Position numbers and translations under genes: made by a program. DNA of 64,000 nt from Octopus vulgaris (Eukaryota). The notes beneath the pieces were generated by a model that had not been told where the DNA came from, did not search any database, and saw nothing but the letters and a program-made list of their open reading frames with translations. This document shows, one piece after another, positions 38,602 to 54,105 of the stretch (positions are counted from its first letter, which is position 1; the number at the start of each line of letters is the position of its first letter). Location: positions 12,152,001 through 12,216,000 of the forward strand of contig OX597826.1 of NCBI GenBank assembly GCA_951406725.2, written 5' to 3'.

Positions 38602-40745
38602 TAGGGTGGTACGTGTGCGTAAGTGAAAATATATTTGGACACATACATTTAGAGTGTGTCTCCTTTTTCCTTGAAAGTGAAATGATGTCTATGATGTTAG
38701 AATTCTGTCCCATCCATCTTCCTTTCTGTCAAAAAATTCAAAGCATTACCATTCTACTCTTTATGTCAATTATATTCCCATCAAATTCCTAATAATAGCA
38801 TTTAAAAAAAAATATTATTTTAGTATTAAATATCATTATAGCATAAAATCTTTAATGTAGAAATGTATGACTGTCGCCCTGTTGTTTGTATTTATGCATA
38901 CTAAACGAAATGCTATGCAAAGAAGTCGATAGGAATACCAGACATGACCTGTTGGTCGATATCTTATATCCTATCATTCCACAATAATTTATGGCTGTGT
39001 CTATGCAAAAATAATCCTCATCAATACCATCATTAGGTATTTCTTTTTCTATATCGTATTATTTTTCTTCTTATTGTTCCTGAAAATGTAGTAGAGAGGA
39101 ACTTCCATAGTTCCGTACGTTATAATTTTCATTGTCCATGTCCGCGTAAACCTTTTATTTTTGTCATTAGTATTCTCTGTATTGTTGCGAAATTAATCAA
39201 AAGTTTCGTTTTTTTTTCAGACTCCCATGTTTAAACGGATTGATTAATATAGTATTGTTTGTTTATGTAATTTGGAGTAGGAAAGAGCACCAGACTTGAG
39301 AAGGTAGTAAATAAGCACTTTAACTTCGGGAAAGATACTTAAGAGGCAGAAAACCCATAAGATTATACTCTGACGTTTTCAAATAGTCTATGGAAGGGCC
39401 ATCGCTTCCGAGTCTATCGTTACCGATAGCAGTATCAAGATAAGTATCAATACTTCCTTCTCCAACAATATCAGGTCCAGCGATTTACAAGGCCAGCCAC
39501 AATTGAAACACGAAATATAGCATAAGAAGTTTGAGGATTATAATAGCTGTCGCAAGCTAAGACATCGGGAGCCATACCACCATATTTTTAGGGCTACTAA
39601 ATCTACCGGCAACAACAACAATAATTATTGGCTAATGAACGAAAAACAAAATGACTGGTTCAAGAACGTCCATACGATTAGATAGAACAACAGGAGTAAC
39701 TTAATTTATCGCTACCTCTTGAAGAACAGGAGAGAACACGTTTAGGAATTGTAGTTAGACAAGTGCCTGAAGAGTACCTTCAGTGACTCGGTTTCCATTT
39801 CTCGCTCAAGTAATGTGGGACACTGCAGGCGATATTATTTTCAGAAATCCAAGATAAGATATATTTCATCTCAGATTTATGAGACTACAGATGGTGAATG
39901 CCACAAGCAATAAATAGTTCTATGTTACCAAAATTAAACATGTATTGTCCTAGAGGATGAGGCCGCTATATTTCAGCAAATTCTGCATGAAAACTGATTC
40001 TTATCCAGCATGGAATTTCTGGGTTTAATCTAAACTTGGGGACTTCTACATACAACATTAGCAAAGACAACATTAACCGTATTTGTACTGACGAACTGGG
40101 TAGTATCACACTTTCGTCTGCGGGACGAAAGACTTCTATTTGAAGTATCAAGTTTTTTCACACCATTGTATGAATTATTTTTGTTCCTGTCACTGATGTT
40201 GAAAAGGTGAATTTATTAAAAAAAATCACTTCCAGATAGGTTACCGACCAAAACACGTAGTAACTTGTCTACCATTAACTAGGTGAGGTCCTGCTCCAAT
40301 GTTTGCCACGGTACTACTTCATCCGCTGACATTAACTCTTAGCTGAATTTTGATTTTTACCCTTCTTAGGTCGATTGAGATAACGTAACATTGAATACAG
40401 GAGTCGATATAATCGACTGCTCCTGTCCCCCCAAAATTTATGTCCTTGTAATTATGTTGGTAGCAAGAGGGCAATTGATCTATTCGTAACTAATGAAGTA
40501 TAATCTATAACATCTCATAGTCTGACCGAGTTTCCTGATGAAAAGCCAAATCCTTCTCGAGGTGCTACCCTTGGTGCTTTGACCTGTTTTGGTCTATAGC
40601 AGACTTAAACAGATAAGGCAACGGGACAAAACAGTATGGTTTTCGGGGAGCTATATCCCGATAAAAACACCGCACCGGTAGGACTGGTGCCTAACTATGG
40701 GACAAGAGCCGCAGAAAGTCCAGCTATGTTGGAAATAACAAGAAT

Positions 40746-40873
40746 TGCTACTGCTGCTGCTGCTACTGCTACTACTACTGCTGCTACTACTACTACTACT
40801 ACTACTAATACTACTGCTACTACTACTACTACTAATACCTCTACTACTACTGCTGCTGCTGCTACTACTACTG

Positions 40874-40905
<32 letters not shown>

Positions 40906-40933
40906 GCTGCTGCTGCTACTACTACTACTACTC

Positions 40934-40974
<41 letters not shown>

Positions 40975-40981
40975 GCTGCTG

Positions 40982-41040
<59 letters not shown>

Positions 41041-41125
41041 ACTACTACTACTCCTACTACTACTACTACTACTACTACTACTGCTGCTGATGCTGTTGCT
41101 GCTGATGCTGCTACTACTGCTGCTG

Positions 41126-41180
<55 letters not shown>

Positions 41181-41202
41181 CAATACTGTTACTACTACTA
41201 AT
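40746..41202. repeat. compound (ACT)n/(GCT)n trinucleotide array
   Basis: Directly visible; about 450 bp with no frame-breaking indel. Confidence 0.95.
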
Positions 41203-41583
41203 GTATTATTAACACTCTTTGCATCTCGGTTTTCATTCCTTCTTGTAATAACTTAATTTAATGCTCTGTTGCACTCTCTATAGTAAAAAGTTAGGCTTTT
41301 ATGCCTGAGAAAAATGCATTTCTATTTTCTCTTCTTTATCCGTTGTAAAGCACCTTAACCCATTTCAGGAAAAAAAAAATGTAAATAAATATTTTTTTCT
41401 TTTTTTAACATTGACAATTCTTAGGTGAAGTATAATTGTTGTACTTTTAATTTCCTTCATACTTATTTGATTTCGATCCAACCATTCTCAGCAATCCATT
41501 TCTTCTGGTTCTTGAGTCGTTAATGGAATTCACTCGAATGAGTTATGAAGAGAAAAACAAATTTGTAATTTGAAGAGGAGAGA

Positions 41584-41587
<4 letters not shown>

Positions 41588-41655
<68 letters not shown>

Positions 41656-41657
41656 TC

Positions 41658-41690
<33 letters not shown>

Positions 41691-41725
41691 ATATCTATCT
41701 ATCTATCTATTTATCTACCTATCTA

Positions 41726-41805
<80 letters not shown>

Positions 41806-42012
41806 CCTGTCTGTCTGTCTATCTATTTGTCTGTCTCTCTGTCTCTCTGTCTGTATGTGCGCATATATAAGTGTATGTGCATATATATCTATATCTATAT
41901 ATATATATATCTATATATATATATATATGTATGTATATATATAACATACATATGCATACATTTTATATATACATATATAATTATATACATATACATGTAT
42001 ATACATACATTC

Positions 42013-42065
<53 letters not shown>

Positions 42066-42110
42066 TACACACGGTTATGTATAAATACGTATATGTATGT
42101 ATGTGTATGT
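41588..42110. repeat. (CT)n/(TATC)n/(TA)n compound microsatellite
   Basis: Directly visible. Confidence 0.95.
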
Positions 42111-42675
42111 ATCTATCTGTGTTCGTGTGTTCATGTGCGACAGGGCGACAATCCCAACTGCTTTCTGTCTCCCACCCTAAATAGTAGACCTTGAAAATGG
42201 AGAATAACCTTTTATGACATTTATAGGAAAAAAATTTGAAAATGTATTAGGCGGCAATCGTCTTTAGCTCATATTTTGTTTTAGATATCTGAGCTTGAAC
42301 TCCACTAAAATGTTAAGAGAAAAAAACACACAAACATATGGGGGAAAAAACAAAGAAGGAAGGAAAATCACTGAGATTTATACAAAATTTTATGCGTTTT
42401 TGTACTTGTAAAGATACAGACACGTCGGCGTGTGAGCTCATAAATAATATATATATAAAATGTGCATATCTATACTTGTATGTATATCTGTATCTGTCGA
42501 TCTGTATCTATGAATCAATCAAACTATATATTACATGCATATACATCCATAAAAGCACACGCTTACACACGCAAATACACACATATGTATGTATGTATGT
42601 ATGTATGCATGTATCTTCATACAACTAGATGCACTTATGCATATGAAGTGTCGTACGTACATAATTCACTTACAT

Positions 42676-42783
<108 letters not shown>

Positions 42784-42977
42784 AGTATGTATTCTAATAT
42801 ATGAATATATTTTACACACACACACTCTCATATATATATATTCTAATCGTGTGCATATTTGTCAAAAAATGCATTTGCAAACATACACATCAATGCACAG
42901 TCAAGATTTTATAAGATCACTTAACTCAGATTTTATATCCATACATACATGCACACACACATACATGCATACATACA

Positions 42978-43024
<47 letters not shown>

Positions 43025-43076
43025 GTATTGGTACGAAATATAATACATATTTTGTTGGTCTATACACACACATACG

Positions 43077-43141
<65 letters not shown>

Positions 43142-43188
43142 GTATGTGTATACATATATATATATACATATATATTTATGTATATATG

Positions 43189-43247
<59 letters not shown>

Positions 43248-44479
43248 GTATATATATACGCACATATGCACACCGAAATATGGTTTACATTTCGTACCAA
43301 TACACGTACACGCATATATGTAGGTATAGTTTGGTGTCTAAACATACATATATAATATACACACATACATACAAACTCGCACATACACACAGGCACACGC
43401 ACACACTTTCATACACATATATTCAAATGACACTTCCAGAACAAGTCAGGATGAAGCTTTTTTGTTGACCTACTTAGCCTAATCGATCTACAAAGTATCA
43501 CGTAACAGATACCAAACCTTTACAGTTCATTGACAGAATCTGGCTTACCTTTCCTTGTTCTCTATTTTCCTCTGCTTTATTTTTTTTTTGCTGTTTTATT
43601 ACTTAGTGGCGCTGCTATCGCAGTCGTTGAACTCACCGTCGTTGGAGGTTTTGCTCTTGTGATGTTAGTGAAGTATAATTTATTTGATTTTAATGCTTAA
43701 ATTAGAAAGAAGAAAGCGCATGGATAAATATCCGGTTATGGGAGGAGTAAAGACAGACATATTAATAGACAGTAATTGTACATGTTACGCGCTAGTTAAG
43801 CCATTAGTTCGTGGCAAGGAGTTTAAGCTCCGCTTTTGATCGTATTTGCCTCGAATTCTCACGTTTTTTTTTTTCGATATAACTATTGCAATTTACTTAA
43901 AGTGCTGACCTTATAATAGTAGAAAGAACCCTAGTTACAGAATTATTAGAATATTTTCGTAGGTAAGAGTCTGCATAAACTATTAGTCTAGACTAAACAA
44001 TCAAGTTTAATCTTTAAATTTATCAAGGAAATTACTAACCTAGTAGAAAAGAAATATGGATATTAATAAATGTTACGTATACTGTATTCATAAATATTTT
44101 TAACAACTAGGACGAAAAAACCCCAATCTTTCATAAACATACTGTAAATCGTTCAGTACTTAGTACTAAGGTCGCCATACACAATTTGAATTATGTGTGA
44201 TTTGCTAAACTACTCATCATATCTTTTGCCAGGTATGTGAGCCGCTATCACCACTCGTTTCGGGTAGTTGCTTCATTCTGTAACAAATAACGGCTAAATC
44301 TCCTTGAAATTACACTGCAATTTTTAGAATGCAAGGATGCTTCGATTATGTTGTCCTTGATATATCTCATGAGAAATCATCTTCTTGCGTCTAAGTAGTC
44401 GGAGTTCATGCCAACGAGTTTAGTTACTGGCTGTATCCTGGCACTCCGTGTAATTATTGAAAACAAGCGGAGCTTTTGG

Positions 44480-45316
44480 CAGAGATTGTTTGCAGCCTAA
44501 GACAATCTCTACAAGGTGTAGGAGTCGGTAGACAGCAGAGTACTCTGAAGGATTTTGCAGCTTCGAAGTATGCCTCCTCAACTGATTGTTCTGATGAGGG
44601 CCTTGTACACCGAAATAGTCATTGAATTTCGGAGTGGAAGCTTAGCAACTCACTTCTTCCTAGTTAGATCTAGAGTCCTTCAGGGTTTGTCTTAGCTCCT
44701 ACTCTGTTCAAAAGCCTGCGAGGATTAGAAACTTGTCCGAATGTTAGTTTGATCAAGCTGTTGTACACGCATTAGTGAAAGTAGGATTATAAACCTAGGT
44801 CTTGCTGAAGAAGCAGATAGTCTTGCTGAGTCTCTGTATGTCTTAAGATGGGTTCTCCTTTCAGTGAGCGACGAAACGGAACCATTTGGCCTTTGAATGA
44901 CTCCACTTCGTCTGTCTCTGATGTAGGTAATACTGTAAAAAGAAATTGACCGCTTCACTTTTTTCAAAGTGATTCATAGCGGTATTACCTGTGAGCCTGA
45001 GGTCCTAAAAAGACTTAGATGAGCTCTTGCAGTTATGGACTCACTGGGTAAAGATGATTGTTGCTGTCGATATCTGAGCAGGAGGACAAAGATTCGGGTC
45101 TTTGTGTTTCTCGTCCTCTCCGGTTTAGTAGATGGCACGTGTTGGTCGGCTCCATGCTACATAGTCACAGCGGATGAGGAGGTACCTCGTGGATATGGGG
45201 ACTGACTCTATCTCTGCTCGACGTGTCACCCTGGAGGACCCGCGAATATACTAACAAATGAGGAATGCAGCATTGCGCTCCCACACCGGATGTCCCCAAA
45301 CCTGACCTGATGACCT
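44480..45316 (+). pseudogene. RTE-clade LINE 3' fragment (RT domain to tail), internally deleted
   Basis: ESVDSRVL*RILQLRSMPPQLIVLMRALY...VRSRVLQG..LAPTLF; EVLKRLR*ALAVMDSL..RYLSRRTKIRVF; C-terminal ..AALRSHTGCPQT*; ACCTGACCTGA tail. Confidence 0.8.
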
Positions 45317-47894
45317 CAACTGTGAACAATTCAAGGAAGCAACTTCTTTGCTATCGCCCGATGGGATACAAATACTAATTAATATTCCTTTAAAATATAC
45401 TTTGTTAGAGTTAAAAGAGGACACAATGAAGTCTTAGTTTCTCTAATTTTAAATAAAGTAACTTATTATTATAGTTGGATTTTCTACACAGTTAAGGCAG
45501 GAAAGTGACTAAGCAACCAGTGTAACAACTATAATAATACTAGATTAACGCATAGACAGAAATAATATGTGAATTGAAACAGTTGTGAAATATTCATATA
45601 ATCTATGACACTACTTAAACTGTTAGTGGATTGAAAGATTTTGTGCCACCATAATCGAGAACAGAATATATTTTTGGGAAGAAAACGTATTTATCACTGA
45701 ATTATTTGCAGGTGAAATCTGTGACGGGGATATTCACATCAGGTAAGAAAGAAGTTTATTCAGTGTAGTAGTAAATATTCAGGTTAAGCGTGAGTCTTTA
45801 AAAATTGCATTAATGTCGAGATATTTTCGAGTTATGGAAATTGAAACATGGCTGCTTACTGACGAACTGGTTACTACATTTGTGACCATGTGACGCTTAT
45901 ATACAGAGATATCAGACAGTGCCTTCAAAAACAGCGATTTTCAACTACCCGTAATCAACAGATGTGATGTCACATCATTAACGTTTTTAGGGTAACTCCA
46001 GCATCCTCTGCTCCTTGGCGGCTGTAAGTATCGGGTTACGTCCATCACCATTCAGGAAAATCTCTTTCATTAACTTTTCCTCTCACCTTTCCCCGTCACT
46101 CATTCTATGCTTAATGTGTTCCCTTCATCCTCCTCAAAACTTTGACCCTCCGGAACTTTACCTCCCGATTAATATTCATCCTACAACTGTTATCTCACGT
46201 GTGTTCAATAGAAAAAGTAACTATATCAAATTCAAGGGTCTCAGGGGTCCTGCAGAGCTATTAAAAAACACTAAAATCTTGGTTGCATAGAACTTTGAAA
46301 ACGAGTAGAATATTTTGATGTTTGCAACTACGCCTATCTTTAGCACCTACGCATGTGTGTCTATATGTGTATGTGCTTGTGTGTCTACGTGTGCTCGTGT
46401 ATGTGTGGTGAGCGATTAATGCAGATATTACACACTTGCAACTAAATTGTTCGGAAAGGTTTTGACCTATAAATGGTATCCTTTCCAAGCAAAGTCCCAT
46501 ACATTTAGACAATAGGTCTTGGTGAATGCTAGAATAATTTTGTTATAAGGCTTTCCAATAATTGATTTTGTTGGGTTTATAAATGTATTCGGGAGGCTTG
46601 TAATTACTGGAATTTGTTGAATAAGTTTATTGTCATCAAAGAGCACAGTGCTAATGGATTTGCTGAATGTGACTTTGTCATATTGCTTTATAAACGATGC
46701 CGAATGCCGTCCATGGTTAGCTAAAACCACAAAGAACACAACACTATAAGGACATTAGTTTTCATTCTAAACAAGCAACACAAAACAAAATAAGGAATTA
46801 AACAGAATTCCATTATATCGAGACTTGCTAGAAAAGACCTCTTGGCAGGAAGCCTTCCATATTATTTTCTAATATTTCTAGGAATAGAGTAGATTATAGG
46901 AAATATTTCATATAATTCCAATCTTTAAATAGAATATAAACGTTGATAAAAAAGCACTCCGTAACACTGCCAAGCATTGATATGTATAAAGACAGTTACA
47001 AGAAAAACATAGTAACATTGCCAATATTTGGAACGAAAAGAATGGTTGTGAGAATTCTGTATTCATTATTAGTTTATTTATATATCAATGAAACCCCCGG
47101 AAATAATTCAGTGGTTTGTGAGAAACTGACAAATTAAATTCATAATTTAACGTATTTATCGTCTTATTGAAGCGTGGGAAAGAAATCGAAATTTGGAGTA
47201 TTTTTAGCAAAAGTTAATAAAATATCATAATAGAAGTAACGTAATGGAATATTTAAAAGAAGAGGAAAAGTCGACATGTTTCATTGTTAATTTTTTTTTT
47301 TTTTTTTTTTTGGCATCTAAGTAAATCAGGGCTGTAGGATTTACGAGCGAAGTCTGAGTATTTGCATCAAAGTTTAATTTAGAAGCTCGAGAAGTAAATT
47401 GCCTTGAAATAAAATAGACAATAGTGTTGCTGATCGATACATGTAGCGGTCATACATTGATAAACTGCCAGCAAAAATAATTAAAATATTAGAAAACAAA
47501 ACAAGCGAAAGTGATAGCTTGATTGAAAAACAAAAAAAATAGAACAGAGTTATACACACACACACACGCGCATACACAGACACATACACAGACACTCACC
47601 TCTGTATACAGATAAACAAGAATGTATATATTCATACATACATATCTTTCTGTCTCTTTGTCTGTCGGTCGGTCTGTCTATGTATGCATGTATGTATGTA
47701 TATATGTATGTATGTATGTATTATGTATGTATGTATGTATGTATGTATGTATGTATGTATTTATGTATGTATGTGTGTATGTATGTATGTGCGTGCATAT
47801 ATATATATATATATATACACACATACATACACATACATATAAATATATGATAGATAGATAGATAAATAGATAGATAGACAGACAGACAGCTAGT

Positions 47895-47947
<53 letters not shown>

Positions 47948-48060
47948 GTCCATATATGTGTATATAAGTACGAAATAGACATATATTGTGTGTATGTGCA
48001 TTCTGGTACATGTATATGTGTGTGTGTGTGTGTGTGTGTATGTGTGTGTATACTCACTTT

Positions 48061-48273
48061 ATTCTTTTACTTGTTTCAGTCATTTGACTGTGGCCATGCT
48101 GGAGCACCGCCTTTAGTCGAGCAAATTTACCACATGATTTATTCTTTGTAAGCCTAGTATTCATTCTATCGGTCTGTTTTGCCGAACCGCTAAGTTACAG
48201 GGACGTATACACACCAGCATTGGTTGTCAAGGGATGTTGGGGGATAAACACAGACACACAAACATATACACAC

Positions 48274-48306
<33 letters not shown>

Positions 48307-48480
48307 TACATATATACGACGGGCTTCTTTCAGTTTCCGTCCACCAAATCGACTCACAGGGCTTTGGTCGGCCCGAAGCTATAGTAGCAGATACTTGCCC
48401 AAGGTGCCACGCAGTGGAACTGAACCCGGAACCATGTAGTTGGTAAACAAACTACTTACCACACAGCCACCCCTACGCCT
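48061..48480 (-). mobile_element. SINE family C, full length
   Basis: Starts AGGCGTAGGGGTGGCTGTGTGGTAAG on the minus strand; colinear with 31402-31890. Confidence 0.9.
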
Positions 48481-49180
48481 GTATGTAGGCTTTTTTGTTT
48501 GCAAAGGTTATTACAACACATCACGATTGTTCAATTTATGTAGCACCCCAGAAACATAGGTATGATGGAAGGGTGGCTAAATCGCACGGCATTTTTTAAA
48601 GACATTGTTTTTACTCGTTGTTGCCTCTTTCTTCCATTTCTTTAAAGCTGTGTTTCCTTCTATATCTTTCTATTTATTCACTTCATCGCATTGATCGATC
48701 TGATCTAAATATAATCAAGATGGATCACAAACTGATAATATAATTTGTCTAAATATAGCTAATAATTCTTTCTCTGTCACTAACTTTCTACTTATATGCG
48801 CATCTTTGTCTCTCAGTCTTTATCTGTCTCTTTTCTTCACACACTCTTCTTTCCTCTTAAACAAACTCATGTACATTCGCGTGTAAGCCACACTACTTTG
48901 TATTTATCTAATATTCCACCTTTCTATCTTTGGTTTTCAGTTTCTTTTGTCATATTCCTTTGGCAGTAAACACCCAATTCTATCAAAAGAATATATTTCA
49001 AGGCATAATATTTATTTGTATACAAATCAAATAGCTTGATAACATCTTATGTCCCAAAATATATCAAGGAATTGTTGCATTCGATATCTGTTTGCTAAAA
49101 TTACAAATAACCGGTTGTTTAAATAATTTTCTTTTTAAGATATTGTTTTCAAATTGAAAATTTTGTTATCCGTGAATATT

Positions 49181-49213
49181 ATCTGTCTGTATGTATGTCT
49201 GTCTGCCTGTCTG

Positions 49214-49304
<91 letters not shown>

Positions 49305-49365
49305 GTCTGTCTGTCTGTCTATCTATCTATCAATCTATCTGTCTATCTATCTATCTATCTATCTG

Positions 49366-49415
<50 letters not shown>
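49181..49415. repeat. (TATC)n/(TGTC)n microsatellite
   Basis: Directly visible. Confidence 0.95.
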
Positions 49416-50480
49416 CCCCACGTCTATCCCCCACGTCTCTCCCCCCTCTCTCTCTCTGTTATTTGAAATACTTTTGCTCGTTGCCTAATCTGCATCACCG
49501 AAGAAGCTTTAATACGTTTGTGTTCCAGAAATATAAAAATAATTTCTCAGATTTATAACACGAATATGGTGTGTGTCGGTGCCTTATATTTTATGGAAAC
49601 CTTCGAAACAACTCAGTTTGAGAACATGTTTGAGGTACAGTATTTCATATTTCACTTCTCTTGAATTCATAAGACCACTTTCATGTTTTTGAAACACCGA
49701 ATACTTCCGATGATATGCTTTACCATCTTTGATAAATCCGAGTATCAGAATCTGTAAGAAATCACTAAAATAATTGCCATTCAATAAAGACCTAAAAAAC
49801 GTGACAAAAATGGCAAGGCTGCTGTGTATCTTATTACGTAGATCGACGTGAAACAATTTGATTTTGAATATGTTGTGTAGTAGTAGTGGTACACATATTG
49901 TAATCGATGAATATGAAGAAGAATTGTCTGATCTGAGTCACAGGGACATGTAAAACACGAAGAGAAAGAACTTTAATTATGTGAGAGAAAATGTTATATC
50001 AGATATTGGTTTTATTGATTCTTTGAAAAGGCCCATTGCTCCCACATTTGATCGAAAATTTGGTTAGGGTCCATTGTTAACTGCAGCTCTAGAAAAGATG
50101 TATGTTTATCATTATTACACGATTGTTTTGAATCCATGAGTTAGATCAAATATCTTTGAATTTAGTTTTAATTTCGGATCGGAGACGTATCAGAAGAGAC
50201 GGGATATGTCTAAAGGAAGATAAAAACACATGAATCCCAGGATGCTTATTTCTCATTGTCTGAACACTGGACATTAGTTAATAAAGTCTATTACTGGATA
50301 AAAAAATAAAAAATAAAAAATATATAAAATGAAACACTTGATTTGATATTATAAACTTGGCACTTAGAATTCCTCTATCCACAAAATTAAATGGCAAGTG
50401 TAACGTGGAAACTTGTGAGCTTTTGGCTATATGCTACATGCAAGTGAATCTATATGTAATTATTCAGTGGCGTAGGATCA

Positions 50481-50868
50481 TCTCTATATAAATAAACGGC
50501 AAAATGTCTATCTGTGTGTCTGTGTGTGTGTGTGTGTGTGTATCCTTTATACAAATCTACAATTTTTCACTTAGAGGGCTTGCACTTTCTCTGGTCATTC
50601 AAAACCGCCCAAGGATGGTCGTGCACATCTTTACATTTCCCCAGTCACCCCGCAAAGCCATTAAAAAATCAATAAAAGTGACTTTTTTGTGAATTTTCTA
50701 TCCAAAACCCAATCAAAATGCCCGAAACTTGATATGCCAATTGAATGCCAGCTAGCTGTATGTGATTGGTCGGAGATTTGTACAGTACTCGCGTGTATGT
50801 GAGCACGCACCCAGCTGTATATGCATGCACTAGCACTATGACCCGGCGTTGCCGGGTCATAGTGCTAG
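50481..50868 (+). mobile_element. non-autonomous Helitron
   Basis: a|TCTCTATATAAATAAA 5' end, GC hairpin CCCGGC GTT GCCGGG, and CTAG|t 3' end. No TSD. Confidence 0.8.
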
Positions 50869-50929
50869 TGTACAACTATTTTCAGTGAGATGAGTAATAG
50901 ATATAAATCAGAGTTTCGTCATACATATA

Positions 50930-51285
50930 TCTTTTATTTTTTACCTTTTCTTTGTTTTAGTTGATTGCAGCCATGCTGAGACACCATCTTGAAGGGTTTT
51001 AGTCAAACAATTCGGCACCCAGGACTTACTCTCTTTTAAAGCGAAGTACTTATTGTATCGCCAACATTTGCCGAACAACTAAGTTATGGGGACGTCAACA
51101 TCAACGCCATTGGTGGGGAGCATACATAGATATAAAGATACACACACGGAAGGCTACTTTCAGTTTCCAAATCCACTTGCAAGGCTTTGGTCGCCTGAGG
51201 CTATAGTAGATACATTTCCTCAAGGTGGGACTGAACTCGGAACCGTATGGTTGGAGAGCAAGCTTCTTACCACACAACTGCGCCT
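50930..51285 (-). mobile_element. SINE family C, diverged
   Basis: GCCATGCTG, GCCGAAC..CTAAGTTA, GAGGCTATAGTAGA and CTTACCACAC blocks in order. Confidence 0.75.
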
Positions 51286-51286
51286 G

Positions 51287-51410
<124 letters not shown>

Positions 51411-51673
51411 TTGTGTGTGTGTGTGTATGTGTGTGTATGTATGTATGTATGTATGTATCTAGATTCAGATGAATATGGTACCTAAGTTGAGGAACCAGAA
51501 TTTAGTAGGCTATTATCCATACAATTTCAAAATATAGTGATTAAAAGCAAAATAAGGACAACTATGATGTTGTAGGTACAACATGATCTTCTATTTCCTT
51601 GACTTCTTGGAGATCTTAGGTAAAATTATACTAATGTGCATTCTGTTGTAATTTGATTAAATTCTATGTCTTT

Positions 51674-51767
51674 GTGCAGCTGAAGATTGCTCTACATTTT
51701 AAATTGATGTAATGGAATGTTTGCATTGTTCAATTAAAAGGAGTTGCATGAAACGATTGTACTGCAT
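51674..51767 (+). ncRNA. type I hammerhead-like motif with 63-nt stem II (within family P3 element 51459-51800)
   Basis: GUGCAG-CUGAAGA-[UUGCUCU...GGAGUUGCAU]-GAAAC GAUU GUA/CUGCAU. Confidence 0.65.
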
Positions 51768-51797
51768 TACCTCTGGATATCCTTCTTGCTTATTTTG

Positions 51798-51859
<62 letters not shown>

Positions 51860-52770
51860 ACATATATATATTTATATTTATATATAGATATATATATATA
51901 TGTGTGTGTGATTGTGTATGTATGTATGAGTTTATGTGTGAAGAATTATAAATAATCTATTGTCAAAAAGAGAATACATACATTAACTTGTAGTACAACA
52001 CTTAGAATTACAAAAGAGAAAACATGCACTGGATATTTCAAAATGCCTTTTTCAATAACACGTAGTTTTATGTATATTTGATAAATGATTTCCGATATCC
52101 GCTCTAGCAATTTCGCTATCACATGCAGAACATGCTGTTATTGAGTTTTCTTTCTTTTTCTCTTTTTCAATCAGCCACGAACGAATTACAATATAAGAAT
52201 GAAAAAAAAAAATCCTAATAAAGCTACGCTATTCCCTGAGCTATATAAATAATACTGTAGAATCTACGCATCGGAAAAAAAGTTTTATATTCTGAGCTCT
52301 TACACAACAGAAAAACATCGTTTCGTTTCCAAAAGTCACGGAATATATATAAAAAAAGGCGTTGGAATATTTATGAGAGCTTGTGAATATAGAGAACAAC
52401 CGTGTATGAGAACCCACCCTGAATAGATACACGGCACCGGTTTTAAAACACTAAGATGTTATTTATATTGTTCGTATTTCGAAATCGTTTAATGTGACAT
52501 TTATCACGGCCTTGGCTATATATTCGTATATATTATTTTGAATAGATTATATTTGCTAGTTGTACTGACATAGGTTCCCAGCACAGTGTAAACCGTATCT
52601 AAGTGTCGATTAACGGATGAAGCATTCGTTTTTCATGTACGCAAATAATATCAAACCAGCTAAGAATATCATTACACCATAATGCGCTTCTTGTATAATG
52701 CATCTTGAATATAAGTCCATAATACTGCCTGACGTGCAGCATAACTTCAGAACAATAACTCACTGACGAA

Positions 52771-52812
<42 letters not shown>

Positions 52813-52903
52813 TACGTACATATATATATACACACATACGTACATACATACATACACACTCTTATATATATCTATCTATATATATATATATACATACATA
52901 CAT

Positions 52904-52977
<74 letters not shown>

Positions 52978-53175
52978 ATATGTATGTATGTATATATATA
53001 TATATAGATAGATATATATAAGAGTGTGTATGTATGTATGTACGTATGTGTGTATGTTTGTATGTATGTATGTATGTACGTATGTGTGTATGTGTGTATG
53101 TATGCATGCTTGTATGTATGTGCGTGGCTCTGCTATTCTTATTAGTTAATTGTTATTGTCAAAAAGCAAATTCAT

Positions 53176-53375
53176 TGCAGAATCGTTAGTACGTAGGACA
53201 AAATGCTTAGCTATATTTCTTCCATTTGCTTAGGTTCTGAGTTCCAGTCTTAGCGATGTCAACTTTGCATTTCATTTTGCTCGGGGTCGATAAAATAAAG
53301 AACCAATATACTACTGGGGACAATTTAATCGACTACCCCCTCCCTAATTGCTGGTCTTGTGCGAAAATTTGGTTC
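53176..53375 (+). mobile_element. old SINE family B copy
   Basis: GCAGAATCGTTAG...TTCTGAGTTC...CGGGGTCGATAAAATAA...GCTGGTCTTGTGC. Confidence 0.75.
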
Positions 53376-53734
53376 TATTATTTATTGCGAAACTGATGAA
53401 AATTGCTCATTGCTACGGAAGATATGGCTAACTTTACGTTTAGCTAGATACCTGTAGATAAGACGTATTTCTAAAGCAAAATATTTGGTATAAGATTCAA
53501 TTTGTGAGACAATACAATGGAAAAGCAAGTTAAGGGAGACTAGGTTAATCGTGTTCCAGATAGTTTCCTCTTTTATTAGGCTACTAAAATAATTGGTGGT
53601 GATTGTGGGGGGAATGCAGAATGAACGTAACATATTTTTCTATGTATGGTATCTGTTCATACACACATACATACATAGCATACATACATACGTACGTACA
53701 TATATATATATATGTATATATATATATGTATATA

Positions 53735-53782
<48 letters not shown>

Positions 53783-53859
53783 TATATACATATATATATA
53801 CACAAATATATATATATATATATATAAATATACATACACACGCACACACACACACACAT

Positions 53860-53996
<137 letters not shown>

Positions 53997-54105
53997 TATA
54001 TATATACAAATATAGTAAGGACAAATTTTTTTTAAAATGCAGAATGCTCAAATGAAAGAAAATTTTAATAAAATGAGAAAATGAGAAAATATATAAATGT
54101 ATATT

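Noticed and set aside
44585-44630. CTGATGAGG...CCGAAATAGTC hammerhead look-alike
   Set aside because: It lies in frame within RTE reverse-transcriptase sequence (VLMRALYTE), and stems I and II do not pair convincingly.
46261-46739. Two overlapping minus-strand ORFs in unique sequence
   Set aside because: Short, with non-ATG starts and no recognisable domain.
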